Part shown: positions 16,009 through 26,300 of the stretch, one piece after another
Layout: each line of letters starts with the position of its first letter
Position numbering within the stretch: the first letter of the stretch is position 1
NCBI RefSeq assembly: GCF_900105015.1
Contig: NZ_FNLK01000008.1
Coordinates: 60,001-92,000 of the forward strand
Reading direction: 5' to 3'
From: Schaalia meyeri
Lineage (GTDB): Bacteria; Actinomycetota; Actinomycetes; Actinomycetales; Actinomycetaceae
Length of the DNA stretch: 32,000 bases
The notes under the pieces: model-generated
The model's database searches: none
The model's input: only the letters and a program-made list of their open reading frames with translations
What the model was told of the DNA's origin: nothing
Position numbers and translations under genes: made by a program

Positions 16009-17224
16009 ATGAGGACTCCACTGGACTCTCCCTTCAGCCCTGGATCCGACACCGTCCCCCACGTGTGGGCGGGGCGAGTCGAGCAACTCAGCGACTGGCG
16101 TGATGTCGTACGCCCGCGTCGGCGCGCGGGCATCCACGAGCGCGGGCGCACCATCCTCGGCGAAGCCGGGTCGGGCAAGTCCGCACTGGTGCGCAAGATC
16201 GCACGCTCAGCTGCGGCCGAAGGCGACTGGACAACACCCCAGCTCAGGACTCCGGTAGCGACCCCGTGAAACGGGTGGCGTCGGCGCTCCTGCGCCTGGC
16301 GTCCGACGCGGGCCTGCCGAGCGCCCGCGAGCGCCGCATCACCGACCTGCTCGGCCGGGTCGAATCGATTGCCGCCTCGGGATTCGGGCTCACGGTGCGG
16401 ACACGCTCAGGACCCGAGCCGTACACGGCGCTTACCGAGCTCCTCGTCGAGATATTGGCCGTGCCGCGATTCGCGCCGACGCGGTGATCGTCATCCACAT
16501 CGACGAGGTGCAGAACATCACCGACGAAGCGGTCCGCTCGCAACTGCTCATCGCCCTCGGCAACGCGCTGGCCCACGAGGAGGAGATCGTCCTGCCAGGT
16601 GGCCCACGCGCCTCGCGCGCCCTCCCGATCGCCGTGTACCTCACCGGCCTTCCTGAATTCGCCGACATGGCGGGGGCCAGGACGGGCGCGCCCTTCGCAC
16701 GGCGTTTCCGCACGACAATCCTTGAACCGATCAGCGATAACGACCTGCTGGTCGCGCTCCATCCGTTCGTGACCGAGGGGTGGCAGGTGCCCGGCGGCAA
16801 GCGCGTCTACATGGAGGCATCGGCGCAGCGGACCATTGTCGAGCTCTCGCGCGGCGAGCCATTCCTCTTCCAGTTGGCGGGTGAACGCGCCTGGTACGCG
16901 GGAACCGACGACCTCATCACCGCCGAGCAGGTCGCATCGGGGTGGCGCGGTGCCGTCCACGAGGCCGAGACCCATGTGCATCGCGTCCTGGAGCGCCTGC
17001 CCGCCCGGGAGCGGGCATTTCTCGAAGCGATGGCGCAGTTGCCGCCCCCGGAGCGGACCCTGACGAACATCGCACGCGCACTCGACTACCGTCGAGCCTC
17101 CGACGCGGGGCCGACCGCCCAGCGCCTCGATCTCATCCGGCGCGTCATCCGCAGGGGCCGCCCCCACTACACGTTCCGCAACAGGGCGGTGGGTGCCTAC
17201 TTGGAGTCCGACTGGCCGGAGTGA
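16009..17224 (+). pseudogene. AAA/ORC-like ATPase with C-terminal winged-helix region, two frameshifts
   Basis: Walker A (GEAGSGKS) lies in 16009..16269 and a middle part in 16266..16487. Walker B (VIVIHIDEVQN) and the remainder lie in 16484..17224. The three pieces are in three different frames but are collinear. Confidence 0.8.
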
Positions 17225-17229
17225 CCGCC

Positions 17230-17552
17230 GGCTGAGGCTCCTCATAGGACAGACCGGCCTGGGCGAGAACGCGGCCAACGCCATCGCCAATATCGGAGGC
17301 ATGGCATTGTCCTTCCTGGGCGGGACCTGGGTGCCCATCGAATGGCTGCCCGACGCCGTCGCCCGGGCCGCCAGGCTCACGCCCGGGTACTGGGTGAACC
17401 AGGCGCTCTCCGGGGTGTACTCCGCCACCTCGACATCCGCGCAAGCGCTCCTCCCCCTGCTGGCCGACTGCGGGATCTGCGCCCTCTTCGCATTGACGAT
17501 CCTCTCAGTCGCCATGGGCGTGCGCCGCACGCGGGCGCGCTCGGGGCTGTGA
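17230..17552 (+). pseudogene. C-terminal fragment of an ABC-2 type transporter permease
   Basis: The fragment reads ANAIANIGGMALSFLGGTWVPIEWLPDAVARAARLTPGYWVNQALSG followed by a final TM helix. There is no N-terminal part, and it abuts the ATPase pseudogene. Confidence 0.6.
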
Positions 17553-17809
17553 GGTGGGGCGGCCGCTCGTTGGAGCAGCCGCAGCGGGTGGCGGGTTGAA
17601 AGCTGCTTTTCATGGTGGTCGGGGCCGTTGTGGGTGCCCCGGGGGCGAAGTAGGCCAGTACGTCGTTGGCTCCTCGTTAATTAATGTTCGTCTACGTGTG
17701 ATGATCACGGTCAGGGGGGGTGGGACGTGGGCGCTGAATGCGGTAATCACGGCTTACATGAAGAGCTTTCCCTTGGTGTTGCCATGGCTCACGGTACGCG
17801 TCGATGACG

Positions 17810-17962
17810 GATTCTAGAGGTGGTTGCAACACGTTTTACGCCCTGAGCAGCAGATTCGAGGCGCTGCTTGGGTGTATCCCAGTTTTGCGTTTTGCGGGGG
17901 CGGTCGCCCTGCTGTTCGGCAATGGCGTCCAGGTCTGCTTCAGATAGGAGTGACAGACAAGA
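17810..17962 (-). mobile_element. solo IS30 right-end remnant (IR plus about 45 C-terminal transposase codons)
   Basis: GATTCTAGAGGTGGTTGCAACACGTTTTACGCCCTGAGCAGCAG... aligns with 13852 onward. ORF 17789..17995 reads [30 protein letters not shown], compared with [30 protein letters not shown] in the full copy. Confidence 0.85.
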
Positions 17963-18182
17963 ACCACCACACACGCCCAATGTCAGGCCGTGCAATCCTC
18001 ACAACGGGAGGGGTACCCAATCCCACAAAAATACGACCAAGACCAGCCACAACACACTCCTTCACCAAGACTCCGCAGCAGCCACCACGAGAACATAGAA
18101 AGAGCAGACCACGGCAGCCCTGCCTATCCCCACGACAGCACGCAACCAATTACGGCCCCCACACGGCCCCCGCTTTGCAGCC

Positions 18183-18470
18183 CCCGGCTCCGCGTGAAAC
18201 CCACACCGCCCCTGCTCATCCAAAAACGCCCACAACAGCCGATTCGCGCAAAGCAGGGGTGGTCCCGGTTTCATAAACCCCGATTCATCCGACAGGAGGG
18301 CAACCCTGGTTGCGCGAACCCCACGGCGCAGCGCGCCCTCACCTGGGCGCATGATCACCAGCTGCCGGTCTCCGCCGCTCTACGCGGCGAGGAGTTCCAT
18401 GAGGTTCTCCCACAGCGTCGTGCGTGGCGGCGCGTCCGATGGCCCCACCAACAACGGCGCCGGGAGGGCC
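18183..18470. repeat. dispersed repeat copy B, paralogous to 10488..10760
   Basis: It shares GTGAAACCCACACCGCCCCTG (18194-18214) and the inverted partner (18254-18274) with the same 39-nt spacing as copy A. It also carries a homologous gene tail: APPRTTLWENLMELLAA-stop, compared with APPRAAIWAMAMGVLGA-stop in copy A. Confidence 0.75.
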
Positions 18471-18665
18471 AGACACTTCAGTTCCGGCAGCAGCCCCCGC
18501 CACTGCCCCGGCATATCCACCAGCAAAAGGAACAAAACCCGTTGCCGGCCCCTTCACGCCGGCGCGCGCCAGCTTATGACCCACGCCCCAGTCGCGGCGT
18601 TTGACGCTATCGGTTTGATAGCTGTCGTAGGCAACGCCAACTCCACTCCCACCGGCAACCGCCCG
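18339..18665 (-). pseudogene. orphan C-terminal glycine-zipper fragment paralogous to the 376-aa cassette protein
   Basis: The reverse frame reads AYDSYQTDSVKRRDWGVGHKLARAGVKG...GAVVGGAIG, compared with AYDTYQTDTVQHPEWSEGHKVARASVKG...GAVVGGLVG in 12354..13484. An in-frame stop lies at 18666-18668 and there is no N-terminal domain. Confidence 0.75.
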
Positions 18666-18687
18666 TCATATCGCGCAATGATCCCCC

Positions 18688-19518
18688 TCAGTCCCGCGGG
18701 GAGGCCGCGACGGCACCCGGGGCCGGGGGCTGGGTCCACAGGCCGCGTGCCTCCAGGAAGTCGCGCAAGAACACGGGGCGGTCGGTGATGATGCCGTCGA
18801 CACCGACCTCGAGGAGGCGCAGCACGTCCGCCACCGTGTTGATGGTCCACACGTGCACGGCGAGGCCGAGCGTGTGGGCGGTCGCCACGAACCGCTCGTC
18901 GACCACGCGGATGGGGCCCTGGCGCATAGGCACCTGGGCGGCAATCGCGCCCTGCCGCGGCCCGGGCACGTGCCACCACGCGGGGTTCGTCGCGCTCTTC
19001 GCGGCACCCACCAGGCGCACCACGGCCTCGGTGCCCAGCGAGGTCGCCACCGCGCGCGCCGGATCGGAGGCGGCGCGATCGCGCACGGCACGCAGGCGCG
19101 ATTCGGAGAAAGAGGCGACTAGGACCCGATCGGCGCCGCCGTGGGCGGCGATGACGTCCAGTAGCGGACCCTCGACGCCCGTTTCCTTCGCGTCGATATT
19201 GAAATACATGTCGGGAAAGGCCTTAAGGACCTGCGCGAGCAGCGGCATCTGCTCGCCACTGTCGCGGTGGCGCAGCTTGGCCAGCTCACGCCACGTCATC
19301 TGGGAGATAGCTCCCGACCCGTCATAGCAGCGGTCCACGGTGTCGTCATGGGAAACCACGACCTGGCCGTCCGCGGTCACGTGCACATCCGTTTCGACGT
19401 GGCGGATCCCAGCCCGGTAGACGCGGGTAAAGGCGCTCACCGTGTTTTCGGGAGCCTCCTCACCACCTCCCCTGTGCGCAAAGATGACGGGGCCCCGACG
19501 CATCGTTACGGGCATCAT
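18688..19518 (-). CDS. glycerophosphodiester phosphodiesterase family protein
   Basis: GDPD motifs FAHRGG and ETDVHVTADGQVVVSHD are present. I prefer the ATG at 19518, which forms an ATGA overlap with the M23 peptidase stop. The track ORF extends to 19566. Confidence 0.88.
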   Translation of the reverse strand: MMPVTMRRGPVIFAHRGGGEEAPENTVSAFTRVYRAGIRHVETDVHVTADGQVVVSHDDTVDRCYDGSGAISQMTWRELAKLRHRDSGEQMPLLAQVLKAFPDMYFNIDAKETGVEGPLLDVIAAHGGADRVLVASFSESRLRAVRDRAASDPARAVATSLGTEAVVRLVGAAKSATNPAWWHVPGPRQGAIAAQVPMRQGPIRVVDERFVATAHTLGLAVHVWTINTVADVLRLLEVGVDGIITDRPVFLRDFLEARGLWTQPPAPGAVAASPRD

Positions 19519-20642
19519 GAGCAAGACTCCTGTCCGAGGTAAATCGCTTTGTTCTCCTTCATCCACGCCTCCGGGTCGATGGGGGTATCGGAGGAGTCAT
19601 GGATTTCAAAGTGCAGGTGGGGGCCCGTCGACCAGCCGTTGTTGCCGACCGCGCCGATGACCTGACCGGCGGTGACCGTGTCGCCGAGCTTCACGGTGAT
19701 TTTGTTCATGTACTGGTGCAGGTAGGCCGAATGGAAGACGGTTCCGTCCGCTTTCGTGTGCTTGATCTGCACGTATGCGCCGGAGCGGGAGTTCTCCGCC
19801 ACCTCCTCGACCACGCCCGCGTACACGGAGGTGACCGGCGTATCCATGCGGGCCGCCATGTCGATGCCCTCGTGCGCCAGCAGCTGGCCGGACACGGGCG
19901 AAATACGCGTCGTGAAGGGCGAGGTGATCACGAAGGATCCTTCCGGCAACGGCCAGTAGATTGCGTCCGCCACGACCTTGACGCTGCGGTTGCCGTCCGC
20001 CCCATTCCCGGCGGCGCAGCCCGTGATCGACACGGGCGCCTTCGCTTTGGCGCGCGAGTTCGCGGTCAGGGTCGCGTCCAGCTGTGTGGCCTGGGGCAGC
20101 GCCGAAGATGAGGCCCAGCTGGTGCCCCCCACCGACGCGCCAAAGGCTCGGGCAGGAACCGTCAGGGAAGAATCAGATCCGACGCGCCCCGTCATCGGGA
20201 CCGCGATGGTCGCTCCGGCCAGCCCGACCACCAGGAGGGCGCGCAGCACGTAGCCGACGGGGTGGACGTGGCCGCGTCGCCGCCCCGCCGACGAGGCCTC
20301 CTCCGCCCGGGTGCCGCCCGTGTCGTCGGCGGCGCGGGCGGATTCGGCGGGCGCGGAAGAGGAGGCGCGAGGACCGCCGGCATCGACAGGCTCAGCACTC
20401 CCGCTGGTCGAAACCGCGCCGGCGTCGCCCGTGCCCGCGCCGGGAGAGTCGGCAGCCGCCGGAGTGAGCGGCAACGGGGCGGTGGAGCCCTCTTCCTCCG
20501 GTTGCGTGTGCGCCTGGGAGCGTGCGGCGCGCAGCTGCGATCGCTTCGGCAGCGGGCACTCGATGTCGCTCACGCGCTCCCCCTCGTTTCTGTCGGTCGT
20601 TTGCCTCGCCCTAATGTACCCTGCTTGCCGCGGCCTCGTCAT
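19515..20642 (-). CDS. M23 family metallopeptidase with long disordered Ala/Ser/Gly-rich N-region
   Basis: HEGIDMAA (HxxxD) and GPHLHFEI (HxH) motifs lie in the C-terminal domain. There is one TM-like segment (LRALLVVGLAGATIAV). The ATG overlaps the upstream stop (ATGA at 20639-20642). Confidence 0.88.
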   Translation of the reverse strand: MTRPRQAGYIRARQTTDRNEGERVSDIECPLPKRSQLRAARSQAHTQPEEEGSTAPLPLTPAAADSPGAGTGDAGAVSTSGSAEPVDAGGPRASSSAPAESARAADDTGGTRAEEASSAGRRRGHVHPVGYVLRALLVVGLAGATIAVPMTGRVGSDSSLTVPARAFGASVGGTSWASSSALPQATQLDATLTANSRAKAKAPVSITGCAAGNGADGNRSVKVVADAIYWPLPEGSFVITSPFTTRISPVSGQLLAHEGIDMAARMDTPVTSVYAGVVEEVAENSRSGAYVQIKHTKADGTVFHSAYLHQYMNKITVKLGDTVTAGQVIGAVGNNGWSTGPHLHFEIHDSSDTPIDPEAWMKENKAIYLGQESCS

Positions 20643-21673
20643 GGGCGCTGGAGCACGTCACGTACTTCGCCGACCAAAAGCTCCAGGATGTCCTCCAGGA
20701 ACAGGATGCCGACGATGGCCCCCCCGTCGCGGACGAGGGCGCAGTGCACGCCGGTGCGCTGCATGTGGCGCAGCGCATCCTCAACCTGGTCGCCCGACGC
20801 GACGGACTCGAGGCGGCGGATGCGCCACGGCGTGATGGGTTCGTCGCGCTCACCCCCGCTGGCGTAAAGGACATCCTTGAGGTGAACGTAGCCGACGATC
20901 ACCTCGTGCTCGCCCATTACCGGGAAACGCGAATATCCGGTGCGCGCCACCAATTCCTCCACGTCGGCGGGGGTGGCCCCCTCGGGCAGAGCAATCAGGT
21001 CGCTCAGGGGCACCATCGCGGATCCCGCCGTCTCTTCAGAAAACTCCAGGGCGCCGCTCAGCAGCCCAAGCTCGTCGGTAATCATGCCCTCGGCCTGTGA
21101 GGCCTCGACGATCGAGGCCACCTCCTCAACCGTGTAAGTCGACGAAATCTCCGAACGCGGCTCGTATCCCGTCAGGCGCACGAACCAGTTCGCGAAGCGA
21201 TCCATGACCTCGATAATCGGGCGCAGCAGGTGCCCCAGGCGCACGAGCACCGGCGCCAGAAAGAGAAGCATACGCACGGGGGCGGCGATCGAAATGTTTT
21301 TCGGCACCATCTCGCCAAAGACGACGTGACAGAACAACACGATGATGAGGGCTGCCGAAAACCCCACGACGTGACTGGTCGCCTCGGGCGCACCCAGGCG
21401 CTGGAGGGGAGACTCCACGAGGCGAGCGATCGCGGGCTCAGCGATGACACCCAGCGTCGTGGAAGCGACCGTCACGCCCAACTGACAGATCGCCAGCATG
21501 AGCGACACGTGGCGCAGCGCGTACAGCGCACGCGCGGCTCCGCGCTTCCCCGCCTCGGCCAGCGGTTCGATCTGCGAGCGGCGCGTCGAAGTGACCGCAA
21601 ACTCGCCGGCGACAAAAAACGCGTTAACGGCCAACAACACCACGGTGACGGCCAGGCCCCATCCGGCGCTCAC
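20639..21673 (-). CDS. CNNM/DUF21 + CBS-pair membrane protein (hemolysin/CorC-related)
   Basis: A 344-aa protein with an N-terminal DUF21-type TM domain (FFVAGEFAVTS, FGEMVPKNI) followed by a CBS pair. The start overlaps the upstream stop. Confidence 0.88.
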   Translation of the reverse strand: MSAGWGLAVTVVLLAVNAFFVAGEFAVTSTRRSQIEPLAEAGKRGAARALYALRHVSLMLAICQLGVTVASTTLGVIAEPAIARLVESPLQRLGAPEATSHVVGFSAALIIVLFCHVVFGEMVPKNISIAAPVRMLLFLAPVLVRLGHLLRPIIEVMDRFANWFVRLTGYEPRSEISSTYTVEEVASIVEASQAEGMITDELGLLSGALEFSEETAGSAMVPLSDLIALPEGATPADVEELVARTGYSRFPVMGEHEVIVGYVHLKDVLYASGGERDEPITPWRIRRLESVASGDQVEDALRHMQRTGVHCALVRDGGAIVGILFLEDILELLVGEVRDVLQRP

Positions 21674-22995
21674 AGGGATGCCTCCCGCTCGTCGACAGGC
21701 GCGGGCGTAATCGCCACCTGCGCGACCCTCCTGCCCTGCATCTGCGTGACCTCAATGCCGACCCCGTCGACGCTCACGCGCGAGCCGACGGACGGGATCT
21801 CGCCCAGCCCGTTCATGACCAGGCCACCGATCGTGTCGTAGGGTCCGTCCCCCGGCAGGACGATGTTCGTGCGGCGTGCGAGCTCGTCGGGTCGCAACGT
21901 CCCCGGCACGAGGAACGTCCCGTCGGGGCGAGGACGGATACCCAGGCGCCGCTGGTCGTGTTCGTCAGACACCTCTCCGACGATCTCCTCAACGACATCC
22001 TCCAAGGTAACAATGCCGGACACTCCGCCGTACTCGTCAACGACGACGGCCATCTGCAGGCCCTCGTCGCGCAGCTGAACCATGAGCGGGCCGATGGGCG
22101 CGGTCTCGGGAACCGAGGGCGCTTGGGTCATGAGGGACGAGGAGACGACCGGTACCTCGCCGCGGCGATCGACGGGCACGGCGACCGCACGACGCAAGGA
22201 CACCAGGCCCAAGATGTCGTCAGAATCGTCACCGATGACGGGGAAACGCGAATGCCCGGTCTGCCCGGCGAGCTCCAACACGTCCTGCGCGCTGGCCTCC
22301 TCGCCCAGGGTGTACAGGCGACCGCGGTCCGTCATCACGTCGGCGGCGCTGAGCGTGGTCATGCGGATAGTGTTCGTGAACAGGTCGGCCGTGGACGTGT
22401 CGAAAGTGCCTTCCTCGGCGGAGTGCTCAACCAGGGCGGCCAGCTCCGACGCGGAGCGCGCGGAGGAAAGCTCCTCCTGGGGTTCGATACCCATGCGGGC
22501 CAGCACCCAGTTCGCTGTCCCACCCAACACCCAGATGATCGGGCGCGACACCGCGGTGAACGCCACCTGGAAGGGGACGACGCGCACGGCGGTGCTCATC
22601 GGGTGGGCCAGCGCGAGATTCTTGGGCACCAGTTCCCCAAAGAGCATCGAAAAAACGTTGATGAACACGGCGGCCGAAAAGGCCGCGATGCCGGTCGCCA
22701 GTCCCCACGCCAGCCCGGCGGCCCCCAGCAGGTCTTCCAGCAGGTCGGCCAGCGCGCTCTGCGTCGTGTAGCCCAGCAGGATCGTCGTCAGCGTGATGCC
22801 CACCTGGGCGCCAGACAGCTGGGTGGACAGGGAACGGGTCGCGCGCAGGACGCTGGCGGCTCCGCGGTCCCCCTGCTCGGCTCGCTTCTCCAGCACCGCC
22901 TGGTCGACGGCCACCAGGGAGAATTCGGCGGACACGAACGCGAAGGTACCGGCCGTGAGGAGAACACCGAGCAGCGCCATGAGGGCGGTCGTCAT
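21670..22995 (-). CDS. CNNM/DUF21 + CBS-pair + CorC_HlyC domain protein (hemolysin family)
   Basis: A 441-aa protein with FVSAEFSLVAV and FGELVPKNLA motifs, a CBS pair and a C-terminal transporter-associated domain (GGLVMNGLGEIPSVGSRVSVDGVGIEV). Confidence 0.9.
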   Translation of the reverse strand: MTTALMALLGVLLTAGTFAFVSAEFSLVAVDQAVLEKRAEQGDRGAASVLRATRSLSTQLSGAQVGITLTTILLGYTTQSALADLLEDLLGAAGLAWGLATGIAAFSAAVFINVFSMLFGELVPKNLALAHPMSTAVRVVPFQVAFTAVSRPIIWVLGGTANWVLARMGIEPQEELSSARSASELAALVEHSAEEGTFDTSTADLFTNTIRMTTLSAADVMTDRGRLYTLGEEASAQDVLELAGQTGHSRFPVIGDDSDDILGLVSLRRAVAVPVDRRGEVPVVSSSLMTQAPSVPETAPIGPLMVQLRDEGLQMAVVVDEYGGVSGIVTLEDVVEEIVGEVSDEHDQRRLGIRPRPDGTFLVPGTLRPDELARRTNIVLPGDGPYDTIGGLVMNGLGEIPSVGSRVSVDGVGIEVTQMQGRRVAQVAITPAPVDEREASL

Positions 22996-23315
22996 CGGTT
23001 GCCCCCATCGACGAGGCCGGGGCTACCCGGGCGCGGGTGCACGGTAATGTGACGGGAAAGGGCGGCGTCAAAGCCAGCAGTGTCGCAGTCCATGATGGTT
23101 ACAGTCTAGCGGCCTCGGGCCTCGCCCCCCACGCGCTTTTTCACACACCGGGCCGCTTCGCTCACGACCGTCCCATTGCGGACCACAGGCCCGTGAAGCC
23201 CGTGCCACATGTCGGCCAGGTTTCGTGAACGTCGTCACGCGGCGGTAGAATCGGGGCAATCTATCGCGCGGGATACAGCCCCTGTGCGCGCGGCGTGACC
23301 CAAACGGAGGAATAC

Positions 23316-26300
23316 GTGCCCACCCACACAGCTTCCCAACCTGACCCGCGGTGGTACATCGCAAAGATGCGGGACCTCTACGACCGCGACCCCCAGCTGC
23401 TTGACCCCTCGTGGCGCGCCTATTTCTCCACCGAATCAGCACCCCCACAGCTGCGCGCCGCGCGGCCCCCGATCCCCGGCGCCGCACCCGCGACACCCCG
23501 GGCGGCCACCGCCTTAGCCCGCGACGCATCCGTCCCCGCGCACCCCACCACCCCCGGCGGCCGCGACGCGCACCTGACCGCCACGCCCCCGACGCTCGAC
23601 ATCGAAGAGGACGCCGACGCGCCCGCCTACTTTGCGCCCATCATCTCCGTGACGCGCTCCGACCTGCCGCCCGCACCGCCCGTCGCGCTCGCCGAAGCAA
23701 CCAGCCCCTACACTCGCCAGCAGCACGGGCGCGCCGCCTTCACCCGCTCGCACGACGCGCCCTCCCAGGACGAGATCCGCGTCCTCAAATCCTCCGGCCG
23801 CGCCACCGCCAAGCACATGGAAGCCTCCCTGTCCATCCCCACGGCCACGTCGCAACGGCAAATCCCCGCCAAGCTCCTCATCGAAAACCGCGCCCTCATC
23901 AACGCGCACCTGGCGCGCACAGTCGGCGGCAAGGTCTCCTTCACGCACCTCATCGGCTACGCCCTGGTCGAAGCCCTGTGCGAGATGCCCGACCTGAACG
24001 TGCGCTACACCCTCGAGGCAGGCAAGCCGGCTGCCCAGAACCTGGCGCACATCGGCCTGGGCCTGGCCATCGACGTCGCCGACGCCTCGGGCAACCACTT
24101 CCTGAAGGTGCCCGTCATCCACGACGCCGACACCCTGACCTTCTCCGAATTCGTCGACGCCTACCAGGACCTGGTTTCCCGAGCGCGCGCCGCCACCTTG
24201 ACGACAGCTGACTTCCAGGGGGCCTCCGTCACCCTGACCAACCCCGGCACCCTGGGTACCACCACCTCCGTGCCGCGCCTCATGGCCGGGCAGGGGCTCA
24301 TCGTTGGCGTCGGCGCCACCGACTACCCGGCCGAGTTCCGCGGGGTCTCCCCCAAGAGGCTCGCTTCCCTGGGTATCGGTAAGACGATGTGTTTGTCCTC
24401 CACCTACGACCACCGCATCATTCAGGGCGCCGCGTCGGGAAGGCTGCTCGGCCTCGTGGATGCGAAGCTGTCGGGCCGCGACGGGTTCTACGAGCGCGTC
24501 TTCACCTCCCTGCACGTGCCCACCCGCCCCTACTCGTGGGAGGCGGACTACGAGTACGATCAGAGCCGCGACAAGGGCAAGCCCGCGCGCATCGCGGAAA
24601 TCATCCACGCCTACCGTTCCCGCGGTCACCTCGCAGCCGACACGGACCCCCTGGCCTACCGCGTCCGTCAGCACCCCGACCTGGACATCTCCTCCTACGG
24701 CCTGAGCGTGTGGGACCTGGACCGACCCTTCCCCACGGACGGCTTCGGCGGAGTGGACCAGATGCTGCTGCGCGACATCTTGACCAGGCTGCACGACACC
24801 TACACGCGCACCGTCGGCATCGAATACATGCACATCCAGGATCCCAGCCAGCGCGCGTGGGTGCAGAAACGCATCGAAGGGCCGTACGAGGCCCCCTCGC
24901 CCGCCGCCCAGCGACACATCCTGGACACCCTCATCCGCGCCGAGGCCTTCGAGGAGTTTTTGCAAACGAAGTTCGTGGGGCAAAAGCGTTTCTCCCTGGA
25001 AGGCGGCGAATCCCTGATCCCGCTGCTGGACCACATCCTGGCGGACTCGGCGCGCACCGGCATCCACGAGGTGGCCATCGGCATGGCGCACCGCGGGCGA
25101 CTCAACGTTTTGGCGAACATCGCCGGCAAGTCGTACGCGCAAATCTTCGACGAGTTCGAGGGCAACTACGTGCCCAACTCGGTCCAGGGATCCGGGGACG
25201 TCAAGTACCACCTGGGCACGTGGGGCGTGTATTCCCTGGATGACGGCCTGGCCACCAAAGTGTACATGGGCGCCAACCCCTCGCACCTGGAGGCGGCCGA
25301 CGGCGTGCTTGAGGGAATCGTGCGCGCCAAACAGGAGCACCTGGGCGACCCCGACCTGCCCATCATCCCGATCCTCATCCACGGCGACGCCGCCTTCGTC
25401 GGTCAGGGCGTCGTCCAGGAAACCCTCAACCTCTCCCAGCTCGAGGGCTACAAGACGGGCGGCACGATCCACGTCATCGTCAACAACCAGATCGGCTTCA
25501 CCACGGGACCCGCGCAGGGGCGGTCGACCGGCTACGCGACCGACCTGGCCAAAGGCCTGCAAATACCCATCCTGCACGTGAACGCCGACGACCCCGAGGC
25601 CGTCGTCCGCTGCGCGCACCTGGCCTTCGAGTACCGCAACGCCTTCCACAAGGACGTCATCATCGACATGCTGTGCTACCGCAGGCGCGGGCACAACGAG
25701 GGCGACGACCCATCGATGACCCAGCCCGTCATGTACTCCCTCATCAACCGCATCCCCTCCACGCGCGCCGTGTACATTCGCGGCCTGGTTGGGCGGGGCC
25801 AGCTCACCGAGGACGAGGCCCGCCAATCCATCGCGCGCTACGAGGCCGAACTGGGGCGCATCCTGGAGGAGATCCGGGCGGGCGGGGCGGGCGCGGCCTC
25901 CCGGGTGAATCCGGGCAGCCGCACGCACGACCCCGCGTTGACCGCCGGCGTCGGCCAGGCCGGGGAATCCCCCAACGAACAGTGGACCATGCCGGAATCC
26001 CAGCTGCCCGGCACCGGCATGATGATCGGCTGGACCTCGGCCGCACCCGAGGAACAGCTGCAGCGCATCGGGCGGGCCCACACCCGCTTCCCGGAGGGCT
26101 TCCATCCCCACCCGAAGCTGCGTCAGCTGTGCGAACGCCGCCACGACATGTCGCTGGGGCGTCGGCCTATCGATTGGGGTTTCGCGGAGCTCCTCGCGTT
26201 CGGCACGCTCCTCATGGAGGGTACGGGCGTGCGCCTGTCCGGCGAGGACGTGGGGCGCGCAACTTTCGTCCAGCGTCACGCGATCCTGCACGACGCCACC

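Noticed and set aside
16244-17530. 428-aa minus-strand ORF
   Set aside because: It is antisense to the collinear AAA ATPase pseudogene pieces, which carry Walker A and B motifs. The product is Arg/Ala/Pro-rich with no recognisable domain.
17990-18604. 204-aa plus-strand ORF
   Set aside because: It runs through the CA-rich non-coding tract, the dispersed repeat and the antisense of the glycine-zipper fragment. The product is P/Q/R/H-rich low complexity.
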